From the human T2T-CHM13v2.0 reference genome, Homo sapiens: a stretch of 64,000 nt of DNA. Where the stretch lies: the NCBI RefSeq assembly GCF_009914755.1, contig NC_060926.1, one strand, 5' to 3'. The position numbers were made by a program, and so were the translations under genes. Position 1 is the stretch's first letter; each line of letters begins with the position of its first letter. Below are positions 12,936 through 25,130 of the stretch, one piece after another. The notes below the pieces were generated by a model. That model worked only from the letters and a program-made list of their open reading frames with translations. It did not search any database and had not been told where the DNA came from.

Positions 12936-13243
12936 TGATGGCTCACGCCTGTAATCCTCAACTTTGGAAGGCTGAGGTAGGAGGATCACTTGAGCCCAGG
13001 AGTCTGAGACCATCCTGGGCAACATAGCAAGACCCCTTCTCTACAAAAAATTTTTAAAAATTAGCTGGGCATGTTGGCATGTACCTGTAGTCCCAACCAC
13101 TCAAGAGGCTGAGGTGGGAGGATCACTTGAGCCCACGAGTTTGAGGCTGCAGTGAGCTATGATTGTACCACTGCACTCCAGCATAGGCAACACAGCAAGA
13201 CCCTGTCTCTAAAAAGATTTTAAAATAGGAAATAAATAATAAA
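12936..13243 (+). mobile_element. AluJ
   Basis: GGAGGATCACTTGAGCCCAGGAG in the left arm, near-identical (one mismatch) in the right arm; GAGGCTGCAGTGAGCTATGAT. Confidence 0.92.
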
Positions 13244-13274
13244 TTCCAGGATGAATCATTTTAAGCAGCCTTTC

Positions 13275-13385
13275 TGCTTCTGCTAGACTGAGGATCAAAG
13301 CCATGTCTGTCTTGCTTATTGGGTGTCCCCTGGCCTAGCACAGGGCCTGGTATGAAATGGGTGCTCAGTAAATGTGTGTGGAAAG
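13275..13385 (+). mobile_element. L2 3' end
   Basis: GCCTAGCACAGGGCCTGG...GTGCTCAGTAAATGTGTG. Confidence 0.75.
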
Positions 13386-14370
13386 AGCAACTGCTCCCAG
13401 AGAACAGTGGGAATCTGCAGGGGATGGAGCACAGGCTTAGGACTCAGAAGTCTTCAAGGCCAATGCTGAGGTAAAGATTGTTTTTTTTCTTCCAGGTTAT
13501 AGGAAATCAAGGTTGGGGGGTGCCAGATTACAGATTTCAAAGAGTGACCAATATGATGCCAATGTATTCCACGTTCCTCACTCTGTCACCCTCCTGGGCC
13601 TCCTTCAGAGTAAAGCATAGGATAGAAATGACAACAGCCATTCACTTTTCTCAGGACCTAATCCCCAGATCGTGAATATACGTAGGCAGAAACCAAGCTA
13701 ACAACTTCAACGTGGGACTGTAGAATATTCTCTCTACCCTTAACTAGGCAGGTGGCCTTGAGCAGATCATTTCACCTGTCTCTATCATAGCCCCAAACTA
13801 TGTCCTCGTCTGTAAAATGAGAGAATTAGACTAGAAAGAAGGCTCTGGGGTTCTCTTTCTTTTCTGACATTCTGTAATTCAATTATTCTGGTTTGTTTTG
13901 AAGATAACATGGATTAGGATTGACCCACCATGAAAATATGCTGTGGTTCATCAGCTTCTAATGAGAACTGGAGTGGCCCTAAAAGAAATGCCATATACAC
14001 ACTCTCTCTCTCCGTTTCCATGGAGCTTGGTTCTCCTAGAAGCCTGTGTCTGTGGAGGAAGGTGAAGCATATTTCCTGTAGGCAGTTTCTCCTGTTTCCT
14101 AAGCCCTCTGGGGAAGAGGCAGCATGATATGGCTGAAAGCTCATTGGACTTGAAAATGGGGAGACCTGGATGCTCGTCCCAAACCAGGCATGTGAGCTTG
14201 GCAGTCCACCTGTCCTCTCTGGGTCTCCATTTGTTCGTATGTAATGGACAGAATACCTGCCCTGGCACCCTCCTAGACTGCTGTAAGCAAAAGGCTTCTG
14301 TAGAACATTAAGTGCTAAACCTATGTGTAATACTGCTGGGGAATCCATCAGAATGGCTGATTGGACATGA

Positions 14371-14706
<336 letters not shown>

Positions 14707-14789
14707 AGGACTTCTTAAATATTTATACATTCTAGAAAATTAAGCTTCAAGCCGGCATTCGTGAGTCTGTCTGGTAGGAGGCAACATGA

Positions 14790-14960
14790 CATGGCTGCCT
14801 AATTGGCAGAACCAGAGGAGCACGGTTCCAACCCTGCCGCTTACCAGCTGAGTGACTGTGTGCATAGCACTTTACCTCTCTGAGTCTTTGTTTTTTCATC
14901 TTTAAGATGGTTATAATATTCTTACCCTGCCTACTTCCCAAATCAGTCACCTTGATTGAT
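14790..14960 (+). mobile_element. MIR
   Basis: TTTACCTCTCTGAGTCTTTGTTTTTTCATCTTTAAGATGG. Confidence 0.75.
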
Positions 14961-15579
14961 CAAACATGATCAAGTGATCAACTAAGTCATGTTTCTAAAA
15001 TTATGGCCCATTTTAAAGGGGCCATAGAAACTGGTCACATAAAATGGGCACTGATGCTCCTTGCAGTGTTAGGCACTTTGCAGGGGCGCTGAGCAATCAA
15101 TCCTGCTGAGTCAGTGAGGCATAGCCCAGCCTGCAATGCCAGCTCTCTGAGCACACAGAATAGACAGACACCTACATGGGATGATCTGTGGGCAACTACA
15201 AGGCTTCATCTACCCCTAAAACTTTCCCTTCCTTCCCCAGCCTAGAGTTCTTCCCATTAGAATCACTCCTCCAAAGTATCTGTGAGATAGCTCAGAGCAC
15301 AAAGGTCTCCAGGGTAGAGGCAAGTAGGGACTGGAATCCAACCCAAACTCTGCCCACCAAGGCCCATAACTGCCCAGAGGGAGGGCGCTTTTCTCTCATT
15401 CTTATGGGTGGCTTGCCACATGGGCCAGCATATACTTTGCCTGGAGGTTAGAAAACACGTTATCAGGGTTTAAATGAGCAAATGCTACCTGAAATGGAAG
15501 GATCACTCTTCTCTTGCCTCCCATTGAAAAATACATGGAGCTGAGCTCTGGGAAAATGAAACCCCAACCAGTGAATTTC

Positions 15580-15684
15580 ACGTGCATGTGTGTGAGAGAG
15601 AATCAGAGTGTGTGTGTGCATGTGCGTGCATACACATGCTCGATACATGTGTATACACATTCATATGCACACGTGTCTGTGTGT
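15580..15684. repeat. Degenerate alternating purine-pyrimidine (TG/CA) tract
   Basis: GTGTGTGTGCATGTGCGTGCATACACATG... Confidence 0.85.
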
Positions 15685-16889
15685 AAACCTTAGTCCTCAA
15701 GGGTATGGCAAGGGAGGGTAGGATGATGGGACCCCCAGGCAGCCCAGTGTTAGCCCTGAGGTACTGGAAGCCATGAACAAATGCTGGATACGAGGCCAGG
15801 ACAGCAAGGTTCTCAACTGGGTTCTGGGGGGAGAGGCACAGAGGGAGGTTTGACCAATACAAACTTGTTTGACCTCATAATCCTGTTGAAGCTGAGCCTT
15901 CCAGCTTAGGCTATAGGGGAATAACTACAGCCTGCGATACTACATGAGGAGTCACAAGACTCCACCCTCTGACCTTTGAGATGAGCCCTCAGCCATCCCT
16001 CCAAGCACCTGCTGGAGCACTTTCTGCCCCTCTTCTTTTTGGCAACATGGTCAGAATCCTGACCGCTGCCAGCTGGCTTCGGTCAACATGAAGGAGCAGC
16101 CACAGCCATTTCAAGGTCACTTGTGGAATTGCGTCCACGTGGACTCCGGTGACTCCTGTGCTCTTCCTTTTACTCCGAATGAGACACTTCATTGTTTGAG
16201 GTCTGAGAATTCTCCAGGGAGTTCTGGGAACTGGATGCTGGGCAAGACAATAAATAGAGATGGCGGAACATGCCATTCGTGGGAAGGGAAAGAGATTTGC
16301 CTTCAGGGAGGGCAACACAATAGCCCAGGGGTGTAGCTTCCCATAAACCTTGGCAGCGTGGCCCACAGCACCAAGGACACGGTCACCTACAGCAAGAGGG
16401 TGGGGTCTGTAGCCAAGCAGCTCCCCATGGGCAGGAGGAAAAGGAAGAAGTCATATGTAGAGCAAACTACACACCCTCCCTGAACCTCCTATTTTGGGAA
16501 ATGAGGAATAAAATGCTACTTGTTATAGGCCTTGTTGGTCTGGATGAAAGCCTTCAAAAGCCTCATACGTAAATGCTTCAAAGCATTTTCAAATAGTTGC
16601 TTCAATTTTAATGTAAAATTGATCAGAAGGCCAAAGAGTCACCTGTTTCCAAGAATGTCTATCATGTTATCACAATAGTGCAGGTGATTCTCTGACCCTC
16701 ACTGACAGCCCATTCACATTCCCCATGCTCTTGTCTATGCTTTTTGATGTGTCTGACCATTCATAGGCAGTGGGAAAAAGAAAAGAGAAAAACAGTCACA
16801 CTCTTGCAGTCATTTCAGTGGGTGATTCTCTGTCTTGCTCATCAGGGTTCCCCTTGGTGCTCTCATAACAGATCACAGTGACAAACTCC

Positions 16890-17235
16890 CCTGATATCTG
16901 TGGCACCCGGTGCAAGAGTACAAATGGAGGCCCTCAGACATAGGTCTAATATTTTAAAATTATATGTCAAGCTAACAAACTTAAATATGTTCTACTAGCC
17001 TATCTTGAAAATATACATGCACAATGACTTAGAAGGCTGCTTTCAAATTTAGAATTCTCACTCTTCCAGAGAATGCCAGCTCCCAGATGCTTAGTCCTGG
17101 ACTCATGGACTTATCCTCCCATCTCCCACTCTACTTGCCCCCAGCCCAACCCACAGGCCCAAGCTCCATCCACATGCCCCACTCACAGCCACCCCTTTGC
17201 TATTTCTTAAGCCTAGGGGTGCACAGACTAGCCAT
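16890..17235. mobile_element. Probable ancient hAT DNA-transposon relic (family uncertain)
   Basis: GGTGCAAGAGTACAAATGGAGGCCC...TCAAGCTAACAAAC...CAAATTTAGAATTCTCA resembles a recalled mammalian hAT relic. Confidence 0.4.
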
Positions 17236-17418
17236 ACTGGCTGTGACCTCAGTCTTTGGGAGGATAGATCTGGGAAAGAAGCCCGGAAAAGTTTGGAACA
17301 GGCTAGGAGCCTTTCAGGTGGGGAATTCCAGGAATTATTATATTTGATCTTAAAGGGAGAGGCCTGGGTCGGGGGAAATGAGCATAAGTTGGAAGAGGAA
17401 AGTGCAAACCGAAGGAAG

Positions 17419-17766
17419 GGCTGGCTGTGGTGGTACACACCTGTAGTCCTAGCTACTCCAGAGGCTGAGGCGGGAAGATCACTTGAGCCCAGGAGTTCAA
17501 GACTGCAGAGAATATCCAGAGAATGTTTTAGAAGGGAGCCATGGGCTTCACAGAGTCACGTCTCCTTGGCCCTGTAGACTCCTTCCCCACAGGGAGAGGC
17601 ATGGCTAGAAGAGGGTCAGGATGGAGTCCTCTAAAGGAGCAGCCACAGCCATTTCAAGGTCACTTGAAGATCCTGTGAGCCCAAGAGTTCAAGACTGCAG
17701 TGAGCTATGATCGCACCACTGCACTCCAGCCTGGGTGCCAGAACAAGACCCTGTCTCTAACAACAA
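17419..17766 (+). mobile_element. Alu monomer (FRAM/FAM-like) split by a 167-bp non-Alu insert (17509-17675)
   Basis: Alu sequence stops at 17508 and resumes at 17676; 25-bp duplication TGAGCCCA(G/A)GAGTTCAAGACTGCAG. Confidence 0.9.
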
Positions 17767-17840
17767 CCCACCTCACCCCCCGAAAAAAAAGAAGGGATGA
17801 AGGTCAATCCCACTATTCGTGACTATTAAGATTGAGGCAG

Positions 17841-18163
17841 GGCCAGTCATGGTGGCTCGCGCCTGTAATCCCAGCACTTTGGGAGGCCGAGGCATGCCGA
17901 TGGCTTGAGCCCAGGAGTTCAAGACCAGCCTGGGCAACATGACAAAACCCCATCTCTACCTTAAATATATATATATACAAAAGTTAGCCAGGTATACTGG
18001 TATGCACCTGTGGTCCCAGCTACTCAGGAGGCTGAGGTGGAAAAATCACTTAGCCTGGGAGCTCAAGGCTAAGTAGTGAACCTGCAGTGAGAAGTGATCA
18101 TGCCACTGTGCTCCAGCCTGGGCAACAGAGTGAGACCCTGTCTCAAAAAAAAAAAAAAAAAAA
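17841..18163 (+). mobile_element. AluJ
   Basis: Dimeric; TSD AAGATTGA(G/A)GCAG. Confidence 0.93.
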
Positions 18164-18219
18164 GATTGAAGCAGGGCAGCAGGTGTTTGGGAAAAAGGTT
18201 TCTCACCCCATGTGGTTAG

Positions 18220-18395
18220 CTGGCCCTCCTAGGACCATGGCTTACTATTTGACCTTGGGCAAGTTTCTTAATTCTCCAGGCCTCAGTTTTCTCAGCATTT
18301 TCCTTAAATGAGCCTTCTGAAGACTAAAAGAGATAACACCTGTTAAATGCCTGGCCCAGAGGAAGCAGTTGGTAATTGGTAGGTATTAGTATTAT
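18220..18395 (+). mobile_element. MIR
   Basis: TGACCTTGGGCAAGTTTCTTAATTCTCCAGGCCTCAGTTTTCTCA. Confidence 0.8.
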
Positions 18396-18849
18396 TTTCC
18401 TCTCCAGTGGGAGAGCAGGAAACAGAATGGCCAGGCTGGAGCCAGCTCAGCCCTGGTGTCTTCCCTAGAGGACAACATGCTGCTCCCCAGCCCTGAGCAC
18501 GCCAGTCTTCAGGTCCTGCCAGGTACAGGACAGCTTGTAGTCCCACACGGCAGTCGGTCGACCAACCGCACCCCACAAGCCTCATCCAATATTGATGCAG
18601 TGTCTAATGTCTCCTGAACACAATACACTGCTTCTCAAACAAGCTCCTGCCTTTCTATGACCCAGAGGAGGCAGAGGACTCTTGACATCCCTTAAACAGC
18701 TACACACCTGGTAAATTTTGCCCCTAATCACAGGCAAATGTTATGCGAACCATTTCTTTCCAGGCCGGATGAATGGTCCCACTGCCTGCTTTCAGGGTTT
18801 TCCTCACTACTCTGGCTCTTCCAAGAAAGGAAAGAAAGGAGATGAAAAC

Positions 18850-19070
18850 CACAGTTGGAAGCACCTCCTCTGTGCCAGGCACAGGACAAAAGGCTGTGCA
18901 TGCATAATCTAATCCCAACAGGAATCCTTCCAAGTGGGTGCTATGGGCTACCATTTATAGATGGGACTGAGATGTAAGGGGGTTGATTAGGTCACTCAAG
19001 CAAGATCACACCATTTGGATGGGGCGAAGTTAAACTTTAGATTCCGCATCTCAGACTGGTGTGCCCTGCT
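18850..19070 (-). mobile_element. MIR
   Basis: TGTGCCAGGCAC...CCATTTATAGATGGGACTGAG. Confidence 0.7.
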
Positions 19071-20674
19071 GACGCTACTCAGGAAATGAGACTGAAGTGT
19101 GTGGGAAATCCCCACGCCCCAGCAAGCAGGCCTGTGGCCAGGACCACTGCCTGGGGTCAGGCTCACTTAGCTGCCCTGCACCACTTTCCTGGAAGGTTTC
19201 ATCATTGAAATTAAGGAATAATTTCTTATAGTTTGCCACAGAGTTAAGCCAAGTCAAAACTTTTAAGTTCTACTGGCCCCTGCCAAGCGATTGCAGATCA
19301 GATCTCCTCTCCTGCCCCCAAGGAGCTGCCTTTGTTTCCTTCTTTGTCCTGTCACAGCCCTCCCCCAAAGCATTAGATTCAGAAAGGCCTGGGCACTTGG
19401 GGCTGGGGGTGGCACAGGGGAATGAAACACTTGGAGAGGAAAAAAAAAAAAACAACCCTGACTAATACAAAAGAAATTTCCCAACCACATATGCACCATA
19501 TAATTACCTACATACATACACATACATAATGAAGGAGATCTTAAAGCATGCATTTAGTAAGGCTTTACAGAATAAATGTATTTGAGGGCAGTCTTCCAGT
19601 AAGTGAACATTAATCAACAGAGAACAAGAAAGATAAATATTCTACCCAGCAAGCCAAGGGATAATAATACCCCTCATAGGGCCAGAGAAATTGAAGGGAG
19701 AAGATAATGAGTTGTTTTCTTTATGCTCAAATTAAAGGTGGGACAACTAAATGTATTCCTTCTTCAGCACCTACTATGTGCCTGAACCAAAACAAGGCAA
19801 AACAGCCAAAAACAAAGCAAGACACTGTGGGTACATAGCAGGTCTAGGACCAGAGGAGGCCAAGGGGACAGAAGATGGATGGGGATGTCGGGGGGCCTCC
19901 CCCGTGTCCATTCCTGGTAAACCCAGCTTCCTGTGCAGCTCAGGCCTTGGAAGAAGCCAGCCCTGCGCCCCCCACCTACTCTGGGGCAGGGTCTCACCCC
20001 CTGACTATACGTTTGGTTGTGAGGGTCAAGACACATGAGCTGGTCAGAGATCACTTGGCAAGAGCCAAGAGAGCTTAGAGAGTTTTGACTTGTGACAAAC
20101 ACTAAAGGAAAGCAGTGCAGTAAATGGGCCTGACCCCAGGCAGAGGCCCTGAGCACAGACCCATTGTGGGGACTTCCATGTTCCTCGGTCCAAGGGCCAC
20201 ATCCTGACCCAGCTCAGGACCATGGAACAGCACGTGAGGTGTGCCGGGTACCTCGGGGAAAGCTTCCCTTGCTCTTCTGGAACCATTCCCCAAAACCCTG
20301 TCTATCTCTCCTGAGTCTGGGCAGGTGTGTATGTGAAGCCAAGAGCAGTTGAAGCCATGTTACCACCCTGAGGGAAATCAGACTCAAGATGAAGCAGGGC
20401 CCACAGAAGGTGGAACAGAGAGACAGAGATTTTGAAAAAGGAGCTGTCATCTATGCCAATCTTCCTGAGAAACTGATGAGACAGAAATGAAACAGGGTCC
20501 CCAATTCCCGTATTAGATGGTGGAGGATGACCAAAACCCTGAGTAGCATCAGGGTCCTTAAAGGATGCTGTTCCCAGATGAGGGGCCCCCAAAGGAGGGC
20601 AAACTGGGCTGCTTGTCAATGGGGTCCGAGGACCAGAGCGGCCTTGGTCACTGAGGAGGTCCCATTGTGAAACA

Positions 20675-20890
20675 GCTAAGAGCTTCGGCATCCGCGGCCT
20701 GGGCTTGAGTCCTGGCTCTGCCCCTAGCTCGTGTCATCTTAGCAAATGACTTAACTTCAGAGAGCCTCTGTTTCCTAAACTGACCAATGGAGACAAATAC
20801 ACCTACCCCAAAATACGGCTGTACGGATTCAACGAGGTGAAGTGCATGCAAGGGCTTGGCACACGGTGAGTGTCCCATGAGCGTTAGTTG
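20675..20890 (+). mobile_element. MIR
   Basis: GAGTCCTGGCTCTGCC...GCAAATGACTTAACTTCAGAGAGCCTCTGTTTCCT. Confidence 0.85.
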
Positions 20891-21673
20891 TGCTGCTTGA
20901 GGCCCAGTGTTCCAGGGGGGACGCCATAACCAAGTGTCCTCAAGAGCCGTTGGCTCCCAGGGAGAGAGGTGGACATGAGGTCACACATGAAGAGCTCTTG
21001 GCAGGGTGCCTGCTCACAGCAAGCGCTCAGCAAACGGCAGCTGCTGGAATGATTACCACTATTTTAAGCCTTCTCTACTCAGAAGCTAGATCACTGTTTG
21101 GACCCACATGGGCTCCTCCTCGGTAGGCTTAGGCCAGGCGGAGCACACCAGGCCCTCGGCATCATGCCCTTTGGCCCCCAGAGCCCCGTGTCTCCCTACC
21201 TCTGCACAGCTCCAGACATTAGCCTCCAACTCCAGGCCCCGGAGCCTGGAGAGAAACCTGCTTCCCAACATTACTCCCACATTCCTGCTGCAAGAATGCC
21301 TTTATATGGCACAGTCCTGTGGGCTGAGATTTAATTAACCCTTTACATGCCTTTGCAAAACACCACACCAGAGAACAATTCTTCCTCTGTCCTTGGAAGG
21401 TACTGATGCCAAGAGAATGTTTTCATTTGGTTATTATCTCTTGTCTCCTCTTGAGGAGATGCCGTCGTGCCGGTTGTCCAAGGCAAGGACCTGTGTGAGC
21501 ACCTCAGAAGCAGAACTCAGTGATTCTGGAAGTAGAAGAGAGACTTTGTTTGGGTTTGAGGTCGCCAAAAACGTTGCGGGCCTACTATGTACAAAGCATG
21601 GTGCGGGATGTACAAAGCTGAAAAACATGCAATTCTTGACTTCAGGATAGTCCCTAAGACAAGAGAGTAATGA

Positions 21674-21754
21674 GTCTACAGCCATACCGCCCTGAATGCG
21701 CCTTATCTAGGAAGCTAAGCAGAGTCAGGCCTAGTTAGTACTTGGAAAAGAGAC
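21674..21754 (+). pseudogene. 5S rRNA retropseudogene, 3'-truncated and tailless, with a ~10-nt internal deletion
   Basis: GTCTACAGCCATACCGCCCTGAATGCGCC...GGAAGCTAAGCAGAGTCAGGCCTAGTTAGTACTTGGA...GAGAC matches 5S nt 1 to ~91; degenerate TSD AAGAGAGTAAT/AAAAGAGTAAA. Confidence 0.93.
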
Positions 21755-22239
21755 AAAAGAGTAAATAAATTGTGGTGAATAAAACAGGAGAAATAATCTG
21801 AAAGGAAGGTAGAACCCTAGACCATTAAGCGCTTGTTAAAAAAAAAAATAATAGTAATAATGATAACACCACCAGCAAAAAACAAAAACCCCTAGTTTTG
21901 GAGCAGAGGCCTGGTTGGAAAGAGAAGAGCCAGGTGCAGATATTTGATCCTCTCCACTCTCCCACAAAGAGCTCGGCACAGGATAAGGTCAAACACAAGA
22001 AGATCACCGCTTATCAGTGACACATCTGCTAAGCTGCAGTCAGCGCCCGTCTGCCTGCCTGCTACCCTCTGTAACCCGGCCCGCCTTATCAGGAGCTCGG
22101 TCTATTTCCGCAAGTGAGGGGCAGCACAGCAAGAAGACCGGGATGGTGGCTCCAGTATACATCAGGAAGATGGGGCACTCAGCAACAGCCCTCTAGGAGA
22201 TCTCCATGGTGCCAGGGGCTTTCTACTCAGGCCACACTA

Positions 22240-23100
22240 GATAGGGCTTCCACGCTGAACTCTCCAAAAGCCAGTTTGAGTCATGTCAGTATCAGTCTGT
22301 CCCCAACCCTCAACCATCAGTGGCTGCTTCCCTGTGCCAGACTCCTATTTAAACTCCTCAGCCCAGCATCTGGTGCCCTTCACCATCTGACTCCAGTTTG
22401 CTCTTCCAGCCTCATCCCCAGTACTCGTGCTGGTTCCTTCACCTAGAACACCTTGCCCGCCTCACCCGGGCTCCACTGTTGGAGTCCTGCCCACTCTTTC
22501 AGATCTGCCTCAGATACCTTTTCCCTCAGAGAGACTTCCCTGATCCACCCAGAACCCCTTCTTCCTCCCTGCCCCACCCATTTCCTGAAATGACCTCGAT
22601 CTCCTCTGACTTCTCCTGCATTTTAGACCTGGCTGGTATCACTTGTCACATCCCACCTAGGATTGGGTCTCTCTTATTCCATTTACTTGGAAGCTCCCTG
22701 AGGTGAGACTCTCTATTGTACTGTTCTCCATCTCCCATCTCCGGAGGTTCACATGCCAAAGGTTCTCTCCCTTAAAGGATGGACTCGCTGCCGTAGCTTC
22801 CACCATTTTGTCAAAGTGGTGGACTCCAAAACTCAAGTTCCTATCTCCAGACAGCTCTCTGAGCATTGGTGTTTGTACATCCAGTTAGCATCTTGGAATC
22901 AGCGTGCTATAGCCCCCATAATACCTGAACTTCCTTTACTAACATAAATCCAAAAGTGAAGTCTTCCTCCTCTTCCTTGACTTCCCTATTCCTGCCATGG
23001 TGTAGAATGTACAAAGCTGGGAAACATGCAACTCTTGACTTCAAGGTAGTCCCTTGAAGTCACTGCCCAGTGCAGCGGGGCTATTGAAACCCCATCCTGG
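22240..23100 (+). mobile_element. Degraded L2 segments
   Basis: AACCCTCAACCATCAGTGGCT...AAACTCCTCAGCCCAGCAT...CTTCACCTAGAACACCTT; pyrimidine-rich L2 ORF2/3' pattern. Confidence 0.6.
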
Positions 23101-23260
23101 CCCCCAAATGCTCACAGCCACTCATGGAATGGGCATTCTCAGAAAATTCATTCTTGAATGCCCTTTCACCCTACCCATGCCTGTCTCCCCTGTAGCCTTC
23201 CCCTGTAACCCATCCGTCTTTTTCAGGCCACTCCCTCCTGCATCATGCATGGAAGGACCC

Positions 23261-23668
23261 TGATATAGTTTGGATATTTGTCTCCGCCGAAATCTCATGT
23301 TGAATTGTAATCCCCAATGCGGGAGGCGGGGCCTGGTGGGAGGTGTTTGAATCCTGGGGGCAGATCCCTCATAGCCTGGTGCTGTCTTTGTGATAGTGAG
23401 TTCTTGCAAGACCTGGTCATTTATAAGCGTATGGCACTTCCCTCTATTCTCTCTCTCTTGCCCGTGCTTTTGCCATGTGACACGCCTGCTCCCCCTTTGC
23501 CTTCTTCCATGGCTGTAAGTTTCCTGAGGCCTCCCTAGAAGCCAAGCAGATGCTAGCACCAGGCTTCCTGTAAAGCCTGCAGAAACATGAGCCAATTAAA
23601 CCTCTTTTCTTTATAAATTACCCAGTCACAGGTATTTCTTTATAGCAATGCAAGAACGGCCCAATACA
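23261..23668 (+). mobile_element. MST (MSTA-like) MaLR solo LTR
   Basis: TGATATAGTTTGGATATTTGTC...AATACA; exact TSD GACCC (23256-23260, 23669-23673). Confidence 0.93.
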
Positions 23669-24046
23669 GACCCTCTTCCCTAGCTTTCAACTTTCTTGCT
23701 GTTTTCCAGCCTCAGACTTGAGTTTCCTCCTTTCCCAGGCCTGGCTGTGCCTGAGAATGAAGTAAAAGACCCCCTTTCAGTGGGGTCTTTGTCCTCACTC
23801 TGTTCCCTGCTCTTGGTGACCCTAACTAGCTCAGGCACGTCTCCAGAAGATGCCTTCAGTTGTCCAGGCTGAAAAGCCCAGAATCAGCTTTAACTCCTCT
23901 CTCTCCTTCAGTGCCCAGGCCCATTTACTCCTCTGGTATAATGACTTTGGAATCTCCCCCTTGGGTCCTATCACTCTTCTTTGTCAAGACCCTGAAACAT
24001 GCATCAGTACCAATTACTCCTTCCCTCCATGGGCTCCCCTGAGTGA

Positions 24047-24475
<429 letters not shown>

Positions 24476-24849
24476 TAGTAGGTGCTCAATAAATGAAGAC
24501 ATATTGGATGAGTGCCCGCCTGCCATGTGCAAAATCCAGTGTTAAGTGCTAGGGGAACCCAGAAGCCCTGCTGCCTGGAAACCATTAGATATGGACTTAC
24601 AGGATGGATAATGTAAGAACAAAGTGCAGACTGGTGCTGCAGGGCTTCTGAGAAAGAGAAGGCGACCCAACAGCACACAGTAAAACAAATATACGGGGAG
24701 GAGCAGGGAAGTAGAGGGGAGAGCTCAAAAGGGAGAAATGGTGCATGGCTAATAAGAGACAATGAATAGACCGGTTTGGGGAGGCCAGGTTGGAGAAATG
24801 GGCGGAGTCCAATTGCAAGGGCTGATGAATACCAGGGTAATGGCAATGC

Positions 24850-25130
24850 CTTTAGCTAACTTTCATTGAGTACCTGCTGGATACCAAACACTAATTTATG
24901 TTTTGTTCATGGATTATCTCATGTATTCCTTATAGTCCTATGAGGCAATTACTGTGATTACACAGTCTGGGTATGATTATACCCACTTTGAGGAAAGAGG
25001 ATGAGGAAACTAAAGCATGGAAAGGTTCTCCCACTCACCCAGGCCCACACAGTGGTTAAGTGGTAGAGAAGGGAAGGGTTCAAACCAATGACAACTTGGT
25101 GCAAGAGCCTACACTCTCAGCCACTACCCT
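24850..25130 (-). mobile_element. MIR
   Basis: ATTGAGTACCTGCT...GATGAGGAAACTAAAGCATGG. Confidence 0.7.

Noticed and set aside
13470-13500. Strong-looking plus-strand acceptor TTTTTTTTCTTCCAG (similar sites near 62549 and 63052)
   Set aside because: No convincing partner donor with an open frame. Isolated acceptor-like sites are common.
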